This document shows positions 12,056 to 25,129 of a stretch of DNA of 64,000 nucleotides, piece after piece (the stretch's first letter is position 1; each line of letters starts with the position of its first letter). This DNA is from the human T2T-CHM13v2.0 reference genome, Homo sapiens, in NCBI RefSeq assembly GCF_009914755.1, contig NC_060925.1. The stretch is one strand, 5' to 3'. Below the pieces are notes generated by a model. It worked only from the letters and a program-made list of their open reading frames with translations, was not told the DNA's origin and did no database searches. The position numbers were made by a program, and so were the translations under genes.

Positions 12056-13889
12056 CAATCCCAAGTCTAAATTTATAGTCCTGACCGTTTTCTGAGCAAG
12101 CACTAGGCTTACCTATCCACCTCTGCTGAATGTAATTCCCGCCCTGCAATGGCTCCCCAATCGCAGCCTGCTGCTCACACCGCGGCTTCCTCGTAGTCTC
12201 TCCCCACTGCCTGGGACATGCACTCACATGCTATATTTATCCATTCTACATGTGTTTAGGAAGTGCACCCCTGCCAGGCGCTGTGCTAGGACCTGGGGCA
12301 CTTGCCAGGGGCTGGCTGACTGGAATTCAGCTATTGGGCTAGAGTCAACCTGTCTCATTCAGGGAGACTGAGTAGGCAGCTCTTGATTGATGGAAGGCAG
12401 GGTGGGTGGCGCAGAGTCCACAAGGACCTGGGCAGGGCCAGGCTCACTGGCTCTGAAACCTCCTTGTGTCCAAGCAGTGGGATGAGGGGGAAAGCAAGAT
12501 CCAGGGGGGTGGTAGCAGGAGCTAGTCTGAGGGCCTGGGGCAGAGGCTTGGACGACAGGTCAGATGTGTGCAGGGCTTGGGGGAAGTGGAGCAGGGTGCC
12601 TCCTACCCCACGCAACCCCTGCCTGGCTCCCTGGAGAACCACAGGCACTTCTCTGCTGCGGCCAGCTCCCCAGCTGCAGAAATTGACCTGTAGTCCCCAA
12701 TGCCTCAGAAGGGCCAGCCTGTGCCTATCTAGGTGCCCACAAACACACCTGAGCCCACTGTGCACACATACATGATGATACTTCTGATTCCCCCAGAGGC
12801 ATGCACATAAGCACATCCATGTTCCCCACACACATGCACATGGATGGACATACATGCAACTCCCGTACATACCTGTGGCTCTGTGTCCGCACTTGAAACC
12901 CCATCTGCCCTGGCCCACACAGGTGAGGCCCATTTTCTCACTGGTACACACACATGTGCAAGGACACTCACAGACATTCTCATGTACTGGTGCGGGCACA
13001 CGCCTTTGCATGCTAGTTTGGAAAGCCTGAGTGACAGCTGTCACAATGCGGCTTTGTGGGCACCTTCCGGAGGAGTCGCTGCTGCAGGGCAGGAAGAATT
13101 ATGGCTCTGGTTGCGTCAGCCACCGGAGGGGAGAGGTGAGGCTTTTCTCTTTTCTCTTTTTGGGGCCAGCCTTCTGAAGTGCCATGAATAAGAATTCAGT
13201 TGCCTTTCCTCCCCAGAGACCAGGTTGCTCTCTAAATACCAAGGCAGGAAAGTGGAGACTTAAAAAGGTCATTACCAAACATCGAGAGGGTGGTATTTAG
13301 CTGGTGAAGCAGCTCCTGGAGAAGAGACCTCAGACCCCAGCAGGAAGCCTTTATTTTCACCTTCATTTGCTTCCCTGAGTCTGAGAGGTGGGGAGGAGCA
13401 GGAGGCTCCATCCTCCAGGGTTGAGCTGCCCCTTGAGCTGGGGGGACACACCCCCAAGTGCGGGAGTGGGGCCATTTGGGATCACAGAAGGCTCTAGATG
13501 GGAAGCAATGGTAGCCCTATAGGTGCTGATCCTGGGGGTGCGGGGCCTAAGGGAACTCCCCACTTTTTCTGGGAAGGAGGTGGGAGGAGACAAGGCAGGG
13601 ATTCAGTTGCCACCTAGCACTACAGAGGCCTGGCAGGGGCCACAGAGGCCCATCTCTTTGCTTCCAGACCTAGGCAGAGAGGTTTCTGGGACAAGACAGT
13701 CATTCCTCCCTTTGGGAACACCTCCGTCTCTCCATTCTTTTGTAGCTAAAGTGGAAAAAACACAGATTACTTAACAGCTTGACAGCACAATTCCTTTTAG
13801 GGTCTTTGTTTAGGGAAATACCTTGCTAAGCTACCTGGGCTAGAAGGTGAGGTCCTGAGGGCAGCAAGTTGACAAGAGCCAAGGCAATA

Positions 13890-14900
13890 AGAACAACTAA
13901 TTGGCTCAACTGTTCTGCATGAGAAGGTGAGAGGAACTGGTTTTTCTGCAGAGAAAATGGGAGAGAGAAGAAAGGCTGGGAGTGGGGGCGGGGAGGTCAA
14001 GGGAGAGCCGAGGAAGGAGTAGGAGACTAGGGTGCTGGGTCTTCTCCATTCGTCCCTCCAGGTCCTGTGCCCACCCTTGTCCACCCTGATCTGGGCCCCT
14101 GGCCTGACCTGTGTGAACACCTCTGACCTCAGGGCTCTCCTCTGCCTCTGGCCTTCAGTTGGGTTTGGCCAATAGGCAGCACTGACAGGAGATCAGAGGG
14201 TGGGAGGAGAGAGAGGTGGGGCATTTACTCCTTGCCTCCCTTCCTGCCTGGCTGCAGGTCACAGGCCCCCGAGTGGAGACCCCCTTGACTATGGTTATGC
14301 ACACAGTCCTGCCTCCTTCCTCCTGGCTCAGCCAGGCTTGTTTACTGAAATGCTGAGGTGACGTCACTAAAGACGGGGTAAGCCTTTGGGACAGGATGCT
14401 ACTGTTTGCTTCTAGCTTGGTATGGCCACGAAGAGAGGAAGGGCTGGCACAGGTGGATGGCCATGGGGCCATGTTTGGGGCATGTAGTGGGGAAGGGATC
14501 ATTAAAAGGAGGCGCATGGCCCTGACGTGGGGCCTTCTGTGTGACAAAAACCTTGAGTTGCCAGGCTCTACTGCCTGTGACTGGTGAACTGCCCCCTGCT
14601 GCTCAGGATCAGGTGGTGCCTGCTCCTGGTCTACTTGTGGCCACCAGGAGAGGGGAAGTGGGGTGCAGGTAGGAGAGAAGAGCTCCAGGACCCGTGACTT
14701 GCGAATGGGTTTATTTTTCTGGTTCCTGCAAGACAGTGGGGATCGGGGGAAGACAGGCAGAGGGAAGGCTTTCAGGACCCATTTTTTTTTTCCTGACTCA
14801 TGATGCATAATGCAATCAGACGACATTTAAATATTCATGTCATAAAAGAGGATGCAGATGCAAGTGTGAGACTGGTGGGCTGGGGCGGAGGGGAGGGAGA
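13890..14900. promoter_or_regulatory. Candidate promoter/enhancer with GC box, CCAAT, full CRE and AP-1 sites
   Basis: GGGGGCGGGG 13984-13993; ggCCAATag ~14168; GTGACGTCAC 14358-14367; TGACGT 14523-14528; TGACTCA 14794-14800; no recognisable repeat. Confidence 0.4.
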
Positions 14901-15489
14901 GAGGGGTGAAATCCACATGTGGCGTTTTGTGGAACCACAGGATCTCCGCGTGAAAAAGGGTATTTGGGATCATTTAGTTTGACTCTTACCTGTGGTAAGA
15001 ATCTCTTTATGGCATTCCTGATGGTGGGCACCCTCCTCACCAGGCTCACTCTGTCCTAAAATGAGACTTTCCATCATGGGGCAGCAATCCTTGCCCCGGG
15101 GAATTCTTCCTTAGACTGAGCTAAAATCTCTCCACTGCTACCCTCACTGGTCTCCCCCAGTGGTCCTAGCTCTGGCCCCAGAGACCACCTATGATGTGGT
15201 CACTCCAGTGTCCCCTGACAGCCCTCAGAGATCTCCAGCAAGTGATTCTGTCTTCCCAGCTCTAAACCAAGCAACCTAAGCCCTTCTGCTCCTGCCCACA
15301 GCTTTGTTAAGGTGCTGCTCAAGAGACCTCAAGAGGAAAGGAAGGAGAGAGCGTGCATCTGCAGATGAATGCTCATCCTGAGTGGGGGCTGAGCCCCTTG
15401 GACTGTCCTCATGTCTGGACATTTGCCACCTAACTAGAGAGTGGATAATGCCCGGCTTTTTGGGGATCCAGTGAGGGAGTGGGGTGGAA

Positions 15490-15650
15490 GGGAACCAATG
15501 CAAGTTTGGGAATTAGGAGATTTGAGGTCTTGATCTAACCTGGATACTTCTGGCTGTGCAAAGTCATTTCACCTCTCTGAGCCTCAATTTCTTCATCTGT
15601 AATGTAGGGACACCTCCCTTATGAGGTTTCATGAGGATTAATGGGAGCTG
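15490..15650 (+). mobile_element. MIR fragment
   Basis: aagtcatttcacctctctgagcctcaatttcttcatctgtaatg...gaggattaatg. Confidence 0.75.
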
Positions 15651-16362
15651 GGAAGAGCAGTGTCCCTTGACTGAAAGGGCCAGGACACTCCACTGGGTTT
15701 GGGGTTCTCTGGCTCAGTGCTTGAGGCAGAGGGAGAAGAAAGCAGATACTTGAGGTTCTTGGCCAGCCAGGGTCCATCCTGGCAGACTCCAGATGACAGC
15801 TACTAAGTGACGTGGCTGGAGGATTGATGCACCTGCTCAGGGCTGGGCAGGAGGTCTTCATGCTAGTGGCAGTGGCCCCAGCTGTAGAGTGGAATAGATG
15901 GGACAAAGCCCAGAGCCATAGGGTATAGTTTTTCTCCCCCACTGTCTTTGCGATTTTGGGGAAAAGTCCTAACTTCTCTGACCCTTACTTTCTCTATTTG
16001 AAAATAATAGGAAAAAAATGGCCAAATCCTTCTGGTAGATGTTCTAAAGATAAAAGAGGCATTAATTGATTGAGTTTAACAGGAAATGAACCTGAGTGGG
16101 CAGGGCTTCTCAGAATAACAGGATGGGTAGGGGGTAGGGTCATAGGTGCTCCCAAGAGCCATGGGGAGCCATGGGGGATGGAGGAAGCTGTCAACAGGAC
16201 ACTGGCCTGGCCAGATCTAGCATTATCCCTCCCAACCTGGAGGCAGCAGTCACACCCTGTCCCATGCCTTTAGAACCCAGGGCAGGACAGGACATTGAGG
16301 GCAGTAGTCCAATGGCCCACCATTGTATGTGGGAATCCCCACTACAGACCCCAGCTGAGATT

Positions 16363-16649
<287 letters not shown>

Positions 16650-17449
16650 CCAGCTGAGATTCTTGGCTTCAACTTCCTGACTGAGGTGGAACTCACCACT
16701 TCCCACAGTATGCCATGGCATTGCCAGAGGGGCTGATAGGAACTCTCCTTCATGCTAGAGTGGGTTTTCCTTTCCCCACTGACCCCTCAGCTTTCTTGAC
16801 CCCAGACAGGCTTGAGAAGGTTTAAGAAGCTTCTGGCCTTGAGGCTGCAGGAAATGGACATCACAAAACAGAGCAGTGAACAGCTGCAATGAAAGAAGGG
16901 CCCGAGCTAACCTCCTGTCCCTGCTCAGACACCTTTCCTGTTCTCAGGGATAGCTGAAAGCCCTCGCTACTGTCCCAAGCTCCCTCCTGTCCCGGTCTCT
17001 CCAGGCAGAGGCCCAGCCTCTTACTTTCCTTCTGTTGAGGTCTTCCTGGGACTGAGTCTCCCTCAGCTCCCTGTCCCACCACACTGCTCTATGTCTGTCT
17101 CTGTCCTCACACTGTTCCTCAGACGAGCTGCTCTTCCTCTCACTATTTGGTCAACCTTCCCTGCACCCTTGACTCCTCCCCCAGCCCCTGTACCCTTGTC
17201 TGCATGCCTCCACCTTCTCTCACGGGCCTTTCTCCATGAGGAACTCCTCTCTCCTGTATCACAATCTCTCTCTCTTTACTGCCTTGCCCCCTTTAGCCCA
17301 GAAACCTCCTGAAGGCTCTTCCATTGTAGAAAGAAGCCAGCAAACAGACATACAACAACCTCCCTCCCTAGGCCTGGTGGCTCCTTTGGCTCTGACCCTG
17401 TCTCTCCCTTGCCTTGAATCCAGGCTTCTTGAGCAGTCCACACTTCTCT

Positions 17450-18200
17450 TCTCCCATACCTGTGTAATTGGTCTTCTGCTCCCACCAAGACCTTTCCAAG
17501 GTCATCAGGTGACATCCTTGATGCTAGGCCTGATTGGACACCCTCTGGTCCTTATCTTGCCTGACTTCCTTGCAGCTTTTGGGACTGGCGATCACACTCA
17601 CTTTCTGTGCACATGCCTTTGGCTTTGAAGACACCACTCTTGCCCAGATTTCTGCCCAACATCTGGCCCTAGCTTCTCAGGTCATCTTTCTCATAGCTGA
17701 GTATCTTCAATATTGATGCACTTGGTCTTTCTTTCTGCTCCTCACACTCTCCGTGGATGAGACCATCCAGTGGGTGACCATGATTGCATCTGTATGCCAT
17801 GGACTCTTGAATCTCCATCTCTAGCCAGGACCTTTCTCCTGAGCACCAGACCTCATATCCGACTGCCCACTGGACGTCTCTATTTGGATGTCCTTCAAGC
17901 TCACCATGTCCAATACAAAGTTCATTGTCTTCCTCCCCAGGGCTCTTTGTGTCAGGGAATGTCACCCCTATCAGCCATCACCCAAGCCTGTGGTCCCCCA
18001 TCGACTCCTTCATTTCTCTTGCTCTTCTACTTCCCTCCAATGAGTAGGTGTTTCCAGGTCTACTTTCAAATATCTCTTGACTGTGCCCTTTCCTTTCTAT
18101 TTGTGAATACTATTGCTCTGGTCCAGGCCAGCAGTATCCCTTGCCTGGATACTGACACAGACCCCTACTGGTGCCTCGGCTTTCATTTACTCCCTGATCC
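17450..18200 (+). mobile_element. L2 fragment
   Basis: ctccatctctagccaggacctttctcctgagcaccagacctcatatccgactgcccactggacgtctctatttggatgtc. Confidence 0.8.
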
Positions 18201-18445
18201 CAGCAACACTAGCAGTGCTTGGCCCTAGGGAGGAGGTGAGGTGTCTGGAGAGGTCATTGGGACAGGCCTCTAGCCTTCCTATCTCTTGGACCTTGGCTGA
18301 ACCTGGGCAAATCTGGAGTTCTGGTTCCTTGTGAACCAGGGCCTGCCCTGGGGGTAAGGAGTACGACTGTGTATGCGTGTGTGTGCTTGCACTGTATGGG
18401 TAGTGTGTGTGTGTGTTTGTATGTGCAGGAGAAGAGGGACGATCA

Positions 18446-18761
<316 letters not shown>

Positions 18762-19674
18762 AAGGAGGAACTCCTATCCCCACAGCCCCCAAAGATGTTT
18801 CCCTAGAGCCTGTCTCCTGCCCGCAGCCTGCCCACGTGGGAGGACAAAACTCTTTCTGGCTGACTGCCACCCATGTTAGCTGAGACAAGAGTTGTACATC
18901 TCAATTTTTATCACATGAAAATGAAATAAAGAACACTAGAATAGATCCTGAAGAGGCAAGATTGAAGAGATGACTACTTCTTTGCTGTAGAGACCCCTCG
19001 TCCCCTCCACACCTCCCAGTAGAGCTGTTCCTGTTGAGATACCATCACTCCCTCTCCTTGGGGCTTTCAAAGCGGGTGTCATGGCTCTTACATTTTAAAA
19101 CATGGGAAGAGTTAAACGCACGACAGCAGCAAGAAAAGCAGCTCTGAAATGCAGCGAGTGTGTGGTGCCAGCCCGCGCGGCACCGCCTTCACAGCCTTGC
19201 CTTGACTAGACAGAAGATGTTTTCCTTCTCGATTAGGAAAAATCCACAGCTTCACGCCTGCATGGGAGGTGGCAGCGCTGGAATTAGCACTGGGGGAGGG
19301 GAGGTGACAAGGTGACAAATATCTCCCTTGCCTTGGTTTCAGCCTTGGCCTGGTCCAGATAAACATTTTGGCTTCCTTTGGGTCTTTCTTTCCCTCCCTT
19401 CCCTTATTTACCCAAGCAAAATGAACTGGAGCTACTTCCTACTCTGTGCCAGGCCTTGTGGAAGATCTGAGGTCACAGAGAAATAAAATGTGGTCCCTGC
19501 CCTGGGGGAGCTCAGAGCTAGTCCCAGAGAGTGACGGTAGAATAGATAAACCCAGGTGCCAGTTAGACTCTTCTTGCCCTTAAGATCCAGGTCAGCTCAA
19601 TTCAAACCCTCATACAACAGACTGTACACTAAAAATCTCCTGAGGTTCCCGCACATTCCTGGAGGGCTTCTCAC

Positions 19675-19910
19675 AGGTGGTGGTTAAGAGCACAGACTCT
19701 AGTCAGACTGCCTGGGTTCAAATCTTAGCTCTATCTCTTGCTAGAGCAACTGACGCTACTCAATTGCTCTGTTTCCACATCTGTAGAAGGCAGATAATAA
19801 TAGTACTGACTTCATCGAGTTGTTGTGAGAATTAAATGAGTGAGTTCCTGTGCAAATGCTCAGAGCGGAGCCTGGTGCATGGTAAGCACTATGAAAGATT
19901 AGCTCTTATT
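19675..19910 (+). mobile_element. MIR, near full length
   Basis: gtggttaagagcacagactctagtcagactgcctgggttcaaatc...gagaattaaatgag...cctggtgcatggtaagcac. Confidence 0.9.
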
Positions 19911-22600
19911 CTCACTGTCATTTCTAGCTCTCAGCTCTTGTTTGCATTGAATTAATGCAGTTTATGCATCTTCTTACCTCCTGCTGGTGTTGTCGGTTCC
20001 ACCCTGAGTCAGCCCAGACATGGACCTCAATCCTTTCCTTTGTGTTTCATTAAAAAAATCAGCCTCACCCCTAAAACAAAGCATAGCTGGGCACACAAAG
20101 TCTCTGTGGGTAGCAGACATTTCCAAAGGATGGGAGAAGGGATTTATAGATTGCAAAACCGCCAGCAGTGTAAAAGTCCATCTTTGATATTTCCATTCCT
20201 AGAAGTCCCTCAGCTTCCACCACCTGAGCTTCCACCTCCTGTTACATTGTTTTATTATTTTCTCCTTTGCTCTTTCCCTCTCTCCCCTACCTCCCAGTTC
20301 TCACTTGTTTCCCATGCAGAGCATTTTACCTATCTCTTTCAGTTCCTTGTCTCTTGTCAAATCATACCCTTAGGATGTTACCTCAAGTGCCTTATCAAGG
20401 TATTTTCTTATACAAAAACATTTGCTTCCCTAAGAGGAAATCTGGTGTTGGATGTTATATCAGCCAGGATCCAGCCAGGAAAACAGAAACCTCGAAACGT
20501 TTAGGACAGAAGGGATTGAATGCAGGGCTTCGGTTGCCGACAGCAGAAGGGTGGAGGAGCCGAACAGTGTGGCTGCTCTGGTAGGTGATCTATTGAAATG
20601 TTCCTGCTGGTGAAGAGCCGCCGTCCCCCCTGTGCTTCCCCCACCCGTCCTCCCCATAATCCAGTCACTAGAGCGTTCACCCCGTCACAGCAGGGAGCCT
20701 CCGGGATCTGCTCCAGGGTGTCTTTCTCTGATTGTTAAATATTTGGAATGTCACTGCCAGTCTGGATGAATGGGGCCATGGTGAGTGGTAGCAAAGGAGT
20801 AGCAAAACCTGATGTGGAGACTGCAGAGGATGGAGCAGGTGGGATGAGACTGGAGGCAGAGGGGGAGTTAGGAGGCTCTGTGGTCAACAGCCCAGGGGGA
20901 AAATCTGACCATCTCACTGCAGTTTGTTTCTTGGCAGCACTCCCTCCTCACCAGCGATGAGATCTGGGTGGGACATCAGCCCCATCTTTTTATGGATAGG
21001 GAAATTGAGGCCAAGGAGACTGAGGTTTGCCACATCACAGAGCAAGCAAGGACCAGAGCTGGGGCCCCCAGACTCCAGCTGAGGGCTTTCCTCACCATGC
21101 ACATCCCCAGAGCTGGGTTGTTACATGGCATATCCAGGTCAGGAGGAGGAGAGGAGAAGCGAGGAGGACCCGAAGGTGAGCAGAACCTGCTGGAGGGAGA
21201 CGGTGGGGACCAATGAGTTCTCTGCAGGACAAAGCAAAGCTGGAGGGGCCTTTGAGTGACTGCAAAGGGAAGCCACAATGGAGCAGTCAAGGACACACAC
21301 GGCCCCACTTCTGTGAAAGGAGGAGATGAGCTGTAATTGGGGGTGGTGAGAAGTGTTTCCAGGGTGGCAACAGGGGAAGGAGATCAATGCTCTCAAAACA
21401 AACCTAGCACCAGGGCCCTGCTCTCTGCGTGTTAACTTCCACTTATCTCATCAATGCACAGACTGTTGGAATGGAAGACTGTCAAATGGAGACGGAACAT
21501 CTGGTCCTTGGGTGAGTCCGGGTCAACCTGGTTCTTGCTTGAAAGTAACAGAAATGAACTGTGGTCAATTTAAGCAAAAGGGCATTGACTGGAAGTCTTT
21601 GAAGTTATCCCAGACCCAGGAGGAGACATTAGGACTGGCCTTAGGCACAGGCAGGAACTAAGATGATGATGGTGAGCCCGGGAAACAGAAGGTGGTCTTG
21701 AGGCTGGCACAGGCTGGGGGTATGCAGCTGTGGCCAAGGCTGACCTTCAGCCTCCTGCTCTGCCAGCATCCCTCAAGAGTCACCTGGGAGGGGAACTGAG
21801 GCCCCATGTCCACTCCCTGGCTGTGCTAGGGTCAGGAGAAAGAAAAGCTCAGCTTTCAGGCCAGAAAGTAGTTACCTGGAATCTTCTTCCTGCTGAGACA
21901 ATACTCAAGGTGGGAGAGGTCACTCCCTGCCCCCACCCCTCAAATCCGGGTGATGTTAGAAAATGGGCTTTGGGGAATCAACATCCAATAAATACTGGCT
22001 GGCTAGGGTTCTTCGGGCCTTCCCTTCTCCCTGGGGTCCCCCTCCACCCTGTACTCCCCATCCCAGTCCCTGAGCGCTCTCCTCCCTCCCTCAAGTTCTC
22101 CCAGGGACAGTTTTTCATTTCAGCTGCTGCAATATCTGCTCCGGCAATCATCTCTCCCTCTCCACTTTCCTTTGGCAGCTCCTTGCTGTTCACTCTGCAG
22201 CCAGGACATATTTAAAAGAGAGAAACTTTAAATTAAGTTTGGGAGCGTCTAAATGAAAGAAAACAAACCCTCACCATTATCACAGGAAAGAAAAGGGCTT
22301 CTGGCTCCTGGTGGAGAATTGTAGACTTTCCTTCATTTTGAAGCCAGGAAGAAAATCAGGAGGTTTTTTTCCTCTACCTCACCCCCGGACACCCTGCCAG
22401 CCTCCTGCCAGCCATGCACCAGGTTAATGGAATACGGAGCATTAGCCTCGCTCTCTGAGTGCAGGATTGCTTGCCCCCTGGACTCAGATGGGAATTGCTT
22501 ATGGGCTCTGCAGGCTGAGAGGAAGGGGGCTCCTGACTCAATGATTTCATTCTCCCTGCAGCATCCTGAATCTCTCTTTTGGAGGAGGGGCAGTGTACTT

Positions 22601-22660
22601 GAAGGAAGGAAGGAAGGAAGGAAGGAAGGAAGGAAGGAAGGAAGGAAGGAAGGAAGGAAG
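22601..22660 (+). repeat. (GGAA)n microsatellite, about 15 units
   Basis: Uninterrupted gaag run. Confidence 0.97.
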
Positions 22661-23320
22661 GTGGGAAGAAAACAGGCAAACTCTGGGCCCTGGGCAGGCT
22701 GCTTAACCTGGGAGGTCTCAGGAGGAGTGGCTGTCCTGTCCTGGCCCTGAGGATCTCCTGGGGTGAACTCTGTCAGGAGGGCCTCTCCTATGCTGTGCTT
22801 GGTGCTGCCGGCATGAACGAAGACCCATGTGGTATGACTCACTGCATTGCTTCCTCTGCCCACTTCTTCCAGGGTGGGCTGGGATTGAGGGCAATGACAC
22901 TTACTGGCCACTGTGCTTCACCTGCCAGAGACAGAGGTTCACGTCTTCCACTCAAGGCCTCTCTCTCTCCCCCCGCTCACCTGTGGCTTTAGGCTCTTGG
23001 GAGGCTAGAGCTGTTGGGTTCATCTCAAGTGAGCATTTCCAGGGCACCCAATGTGTTGAGGCAGGTCTGACCCTCTTGGTCAGGGGCTATTCCTCTCCTG
23101 GAGAGCAAGAGGTGGATGGTTAGGCCGGTTCTGCACCAGGTGTTGGGACAAGCATTCTTTTCTACTTCTTTCTTTGTCTCCTGTTCTTGCCTGAGCTTTA
23201 GGGGCAGGCATTTGGGGTGCAAAGGTGGGGGAAGGTGCCAAGGAAGCTGCCAGGTCTGTCTGCTGTTTTCAGCTCAGAGCCACCCAGGATGCAGACTGAG
23301 GTTCCAGAGCTCCTCCTGAT

Positions 23321-23488
23321 CCAGCTTAGGCCCTCAGACAGCAGCTGGGGTCTGGGGCTGAAGCCTCAGCCTCGGGAAGTCCCTCATTATCCCCTCCTGT
23401 CCAGCCCAGGCCCTCAGACAGCAGCTGGGGTCTGGGGCTGAAGCCTCAGCCTCAGGAAGTCCCTCATCATCCCCTCCTGTCCAGCCCA
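23321..23488 (+). repeat. Tandem duplication, 80-bp unit, about 2.1 copies
   Basis: aggccctcagacagcagctggggtctggggctgaagcctcagcctc[g/a]ggaagtccctcat[t/c]atcccctcctgtccagccc repeated. Confidence 0.97.
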
Positions 23489-23604
23489 TGGGAGAAGCTG
23501 GCTGCTTGGAGTTCAGAAGTTCTGTCTCTATCATCTGCCTGAAACATTAGCTCCTATTGCACTTACTACAGGCCAGGTTCAGCACTGTGAGTTCCACTGA
23601 CATT

Positions 23605-24310
23605 GTCTCTTATTTTTTATTATGGTAAAATACATATAATATAAAATTTACCATTGTAACCATTTTAAGTGTGCAATTTGGTGCCATTAAATACAGTCAC
23701 ATAATTGTGTAACTATCACTAATATCAAGTTCTACCACATTTTCATCAACCCATACCCATTCAGCCATCCCTCCCCATTCCCTCTTCCCTCTAGCCCCTG
23801 GCAAACACTAGGATGCTTTCTGTCTCTACGGATTTGCCTATTCTGGGTATTTCATGTGAAAGGAATCATGTAATATGTGGCCTTTTGAGTTCATTTTCTT
23901 CCACTTAGCATACTGTCTTTGGGGATCATCCATGTTGTGGCATGTAGCAGCCTTTCCTTTTTTATGGCTGAATTATATTCCATTGTATGGATATACCACA
24001 TTCTGTGTATCCTTTCATCAGTTGATGGACATATATTTTTTAATGCCTTTTGGCTATTATGAATAGTGCTGCTATGAACATTCATGTACAAAGTTTTGTT
24101 TGAGCACTTGTTTTTGATTGTCTGGGTTATATATCTAGGAGTAGAATTGCTGGGTCCTATGATTATTCTATATTTAACTTTTTGAGGAACCACCAAACTG
24201 TTTTCCGTAACAGCTGCATGACTTTACAGTCCTACTAGCAATGTTTGAGGGCTCAACTTTCTCCATATTCTTGCCAACACCTGTGATTTTCTGCTTAGAA
24301 AATTATTATA
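23605..24310 (-). mobile_element. L1MB-type 3' fragment
   Basis: ggtaaaatacatataatataaaatttaccattgtaaccattttaagtgtgcaatt...ttttgaggaaccaccaaactgttttcc. Confidence 0.9.
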
Positions 24311-24313
24311 GAC

Positions 24314-24491
24314 TTTTTTTTTTTTGAGACAGGGTTTCGCTGCGATGCCCAGGCTGGAGTTCAATGGCGAGATCTCTGCTCACTCTAACGTCTGCTTCCT
24401 GGGTTCAAGTGATTCTCCTGCCTCAGCTCCTGAGTAGCTGGGATTACAGGCATGTGCCACCAAGCCTGGCTAATTTTTGTATTTTTAGTAG
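24314..24491 (-). mobile_element. Alu right monomer plus linker (5'-truncated AluS)
   Basis: polyT, gagacagggtttcgc...ctaatttttgtatttttagtag, then non-Alu sequence. Confidence 0.88.
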
Positions 24492-24529
24492 CCATTTTGA
24501 TATGAAGGACAGTGTAGTTTTTCTTTCTT

Positions 24530-24690
24530 ACAATAACTTCATGAAGCAAGCACTTTTAATTACTCCCATTTTACAGATGAGGAAATAGAGATCTGGAGAA
24601 GGGAAGTTCATGTGTCCAGGACACACAGCTTGTGAGGACCAAGTCAGGATCTCAACTCAGGTCTGCTGACTCCAAAACCAAGGCCCTTCC
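24530..24690 (-). mobile_element. MIR fragment
   Basis: cccattttacagatgaggaaatagag...caggtctgctgactccaaaacc. Confidence 0.8.
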
Positions 24691-25101
24691 TCACAAGGCT
24701 GCCCTCCATCCCACTTCTACTAACAGCAGACTGCCTTTGATGTGGGAAGGAACAGAGAGGCCCCATTAATAAGGTGAACTTGTGGAAGGCACTTAATGTC
24801 CCTGAGCCCCAGTTTTCTTATCTGTCAAAGGGAAATGTTGATGCCTGCTCCAGAGGGTCCGTGAAAATAGTCCATGGGTGTGAAGTGCTGCATGGTTGAG
24901 AGGATGGCTCTTATTTGCGGAGGGCTCCAGACCATCATCCCAACACACAGAAAGCAGAGATTAAATCAGCGTTCACAGGCAGACAGATAGACAGACAGGG
25001 TTTTTTGAAGGACAGCACTGAGATTTGGAGGAGATGGAGAAGCACTAGCACTTATTAGTATTAGGGTGCAGAAAGTTTAATACTTAAATACATATCTAAC
25101 A

Positions 25102-25129
25102 TGAAAGGGTACACGTGTGTACCCTTTCA
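25102..25129. repeat. Near-perfect palindrome, 13-bp arms and 2-nt spacer
   Basis: TGAAAGGGTACAC-GT-GTGTACCCTTTCA. Confidence 0.95.

Noticed and set aside
12355-13191. 229-aa and overlapping ORFs
   Set aside because: No recognisable domain; partly CA/TG-rich; overlapping ORFs on both strands are typical of GC-rich noncoding DNA
14155-14826. 223-aa minus-strand ORF
   Set aside because: No domain similarity or exon context; expected by chance at this GC content
22333-22911. 192-aa ORF with LPSF repeats
   Set aside because: Translation of the GGAA microsatellite
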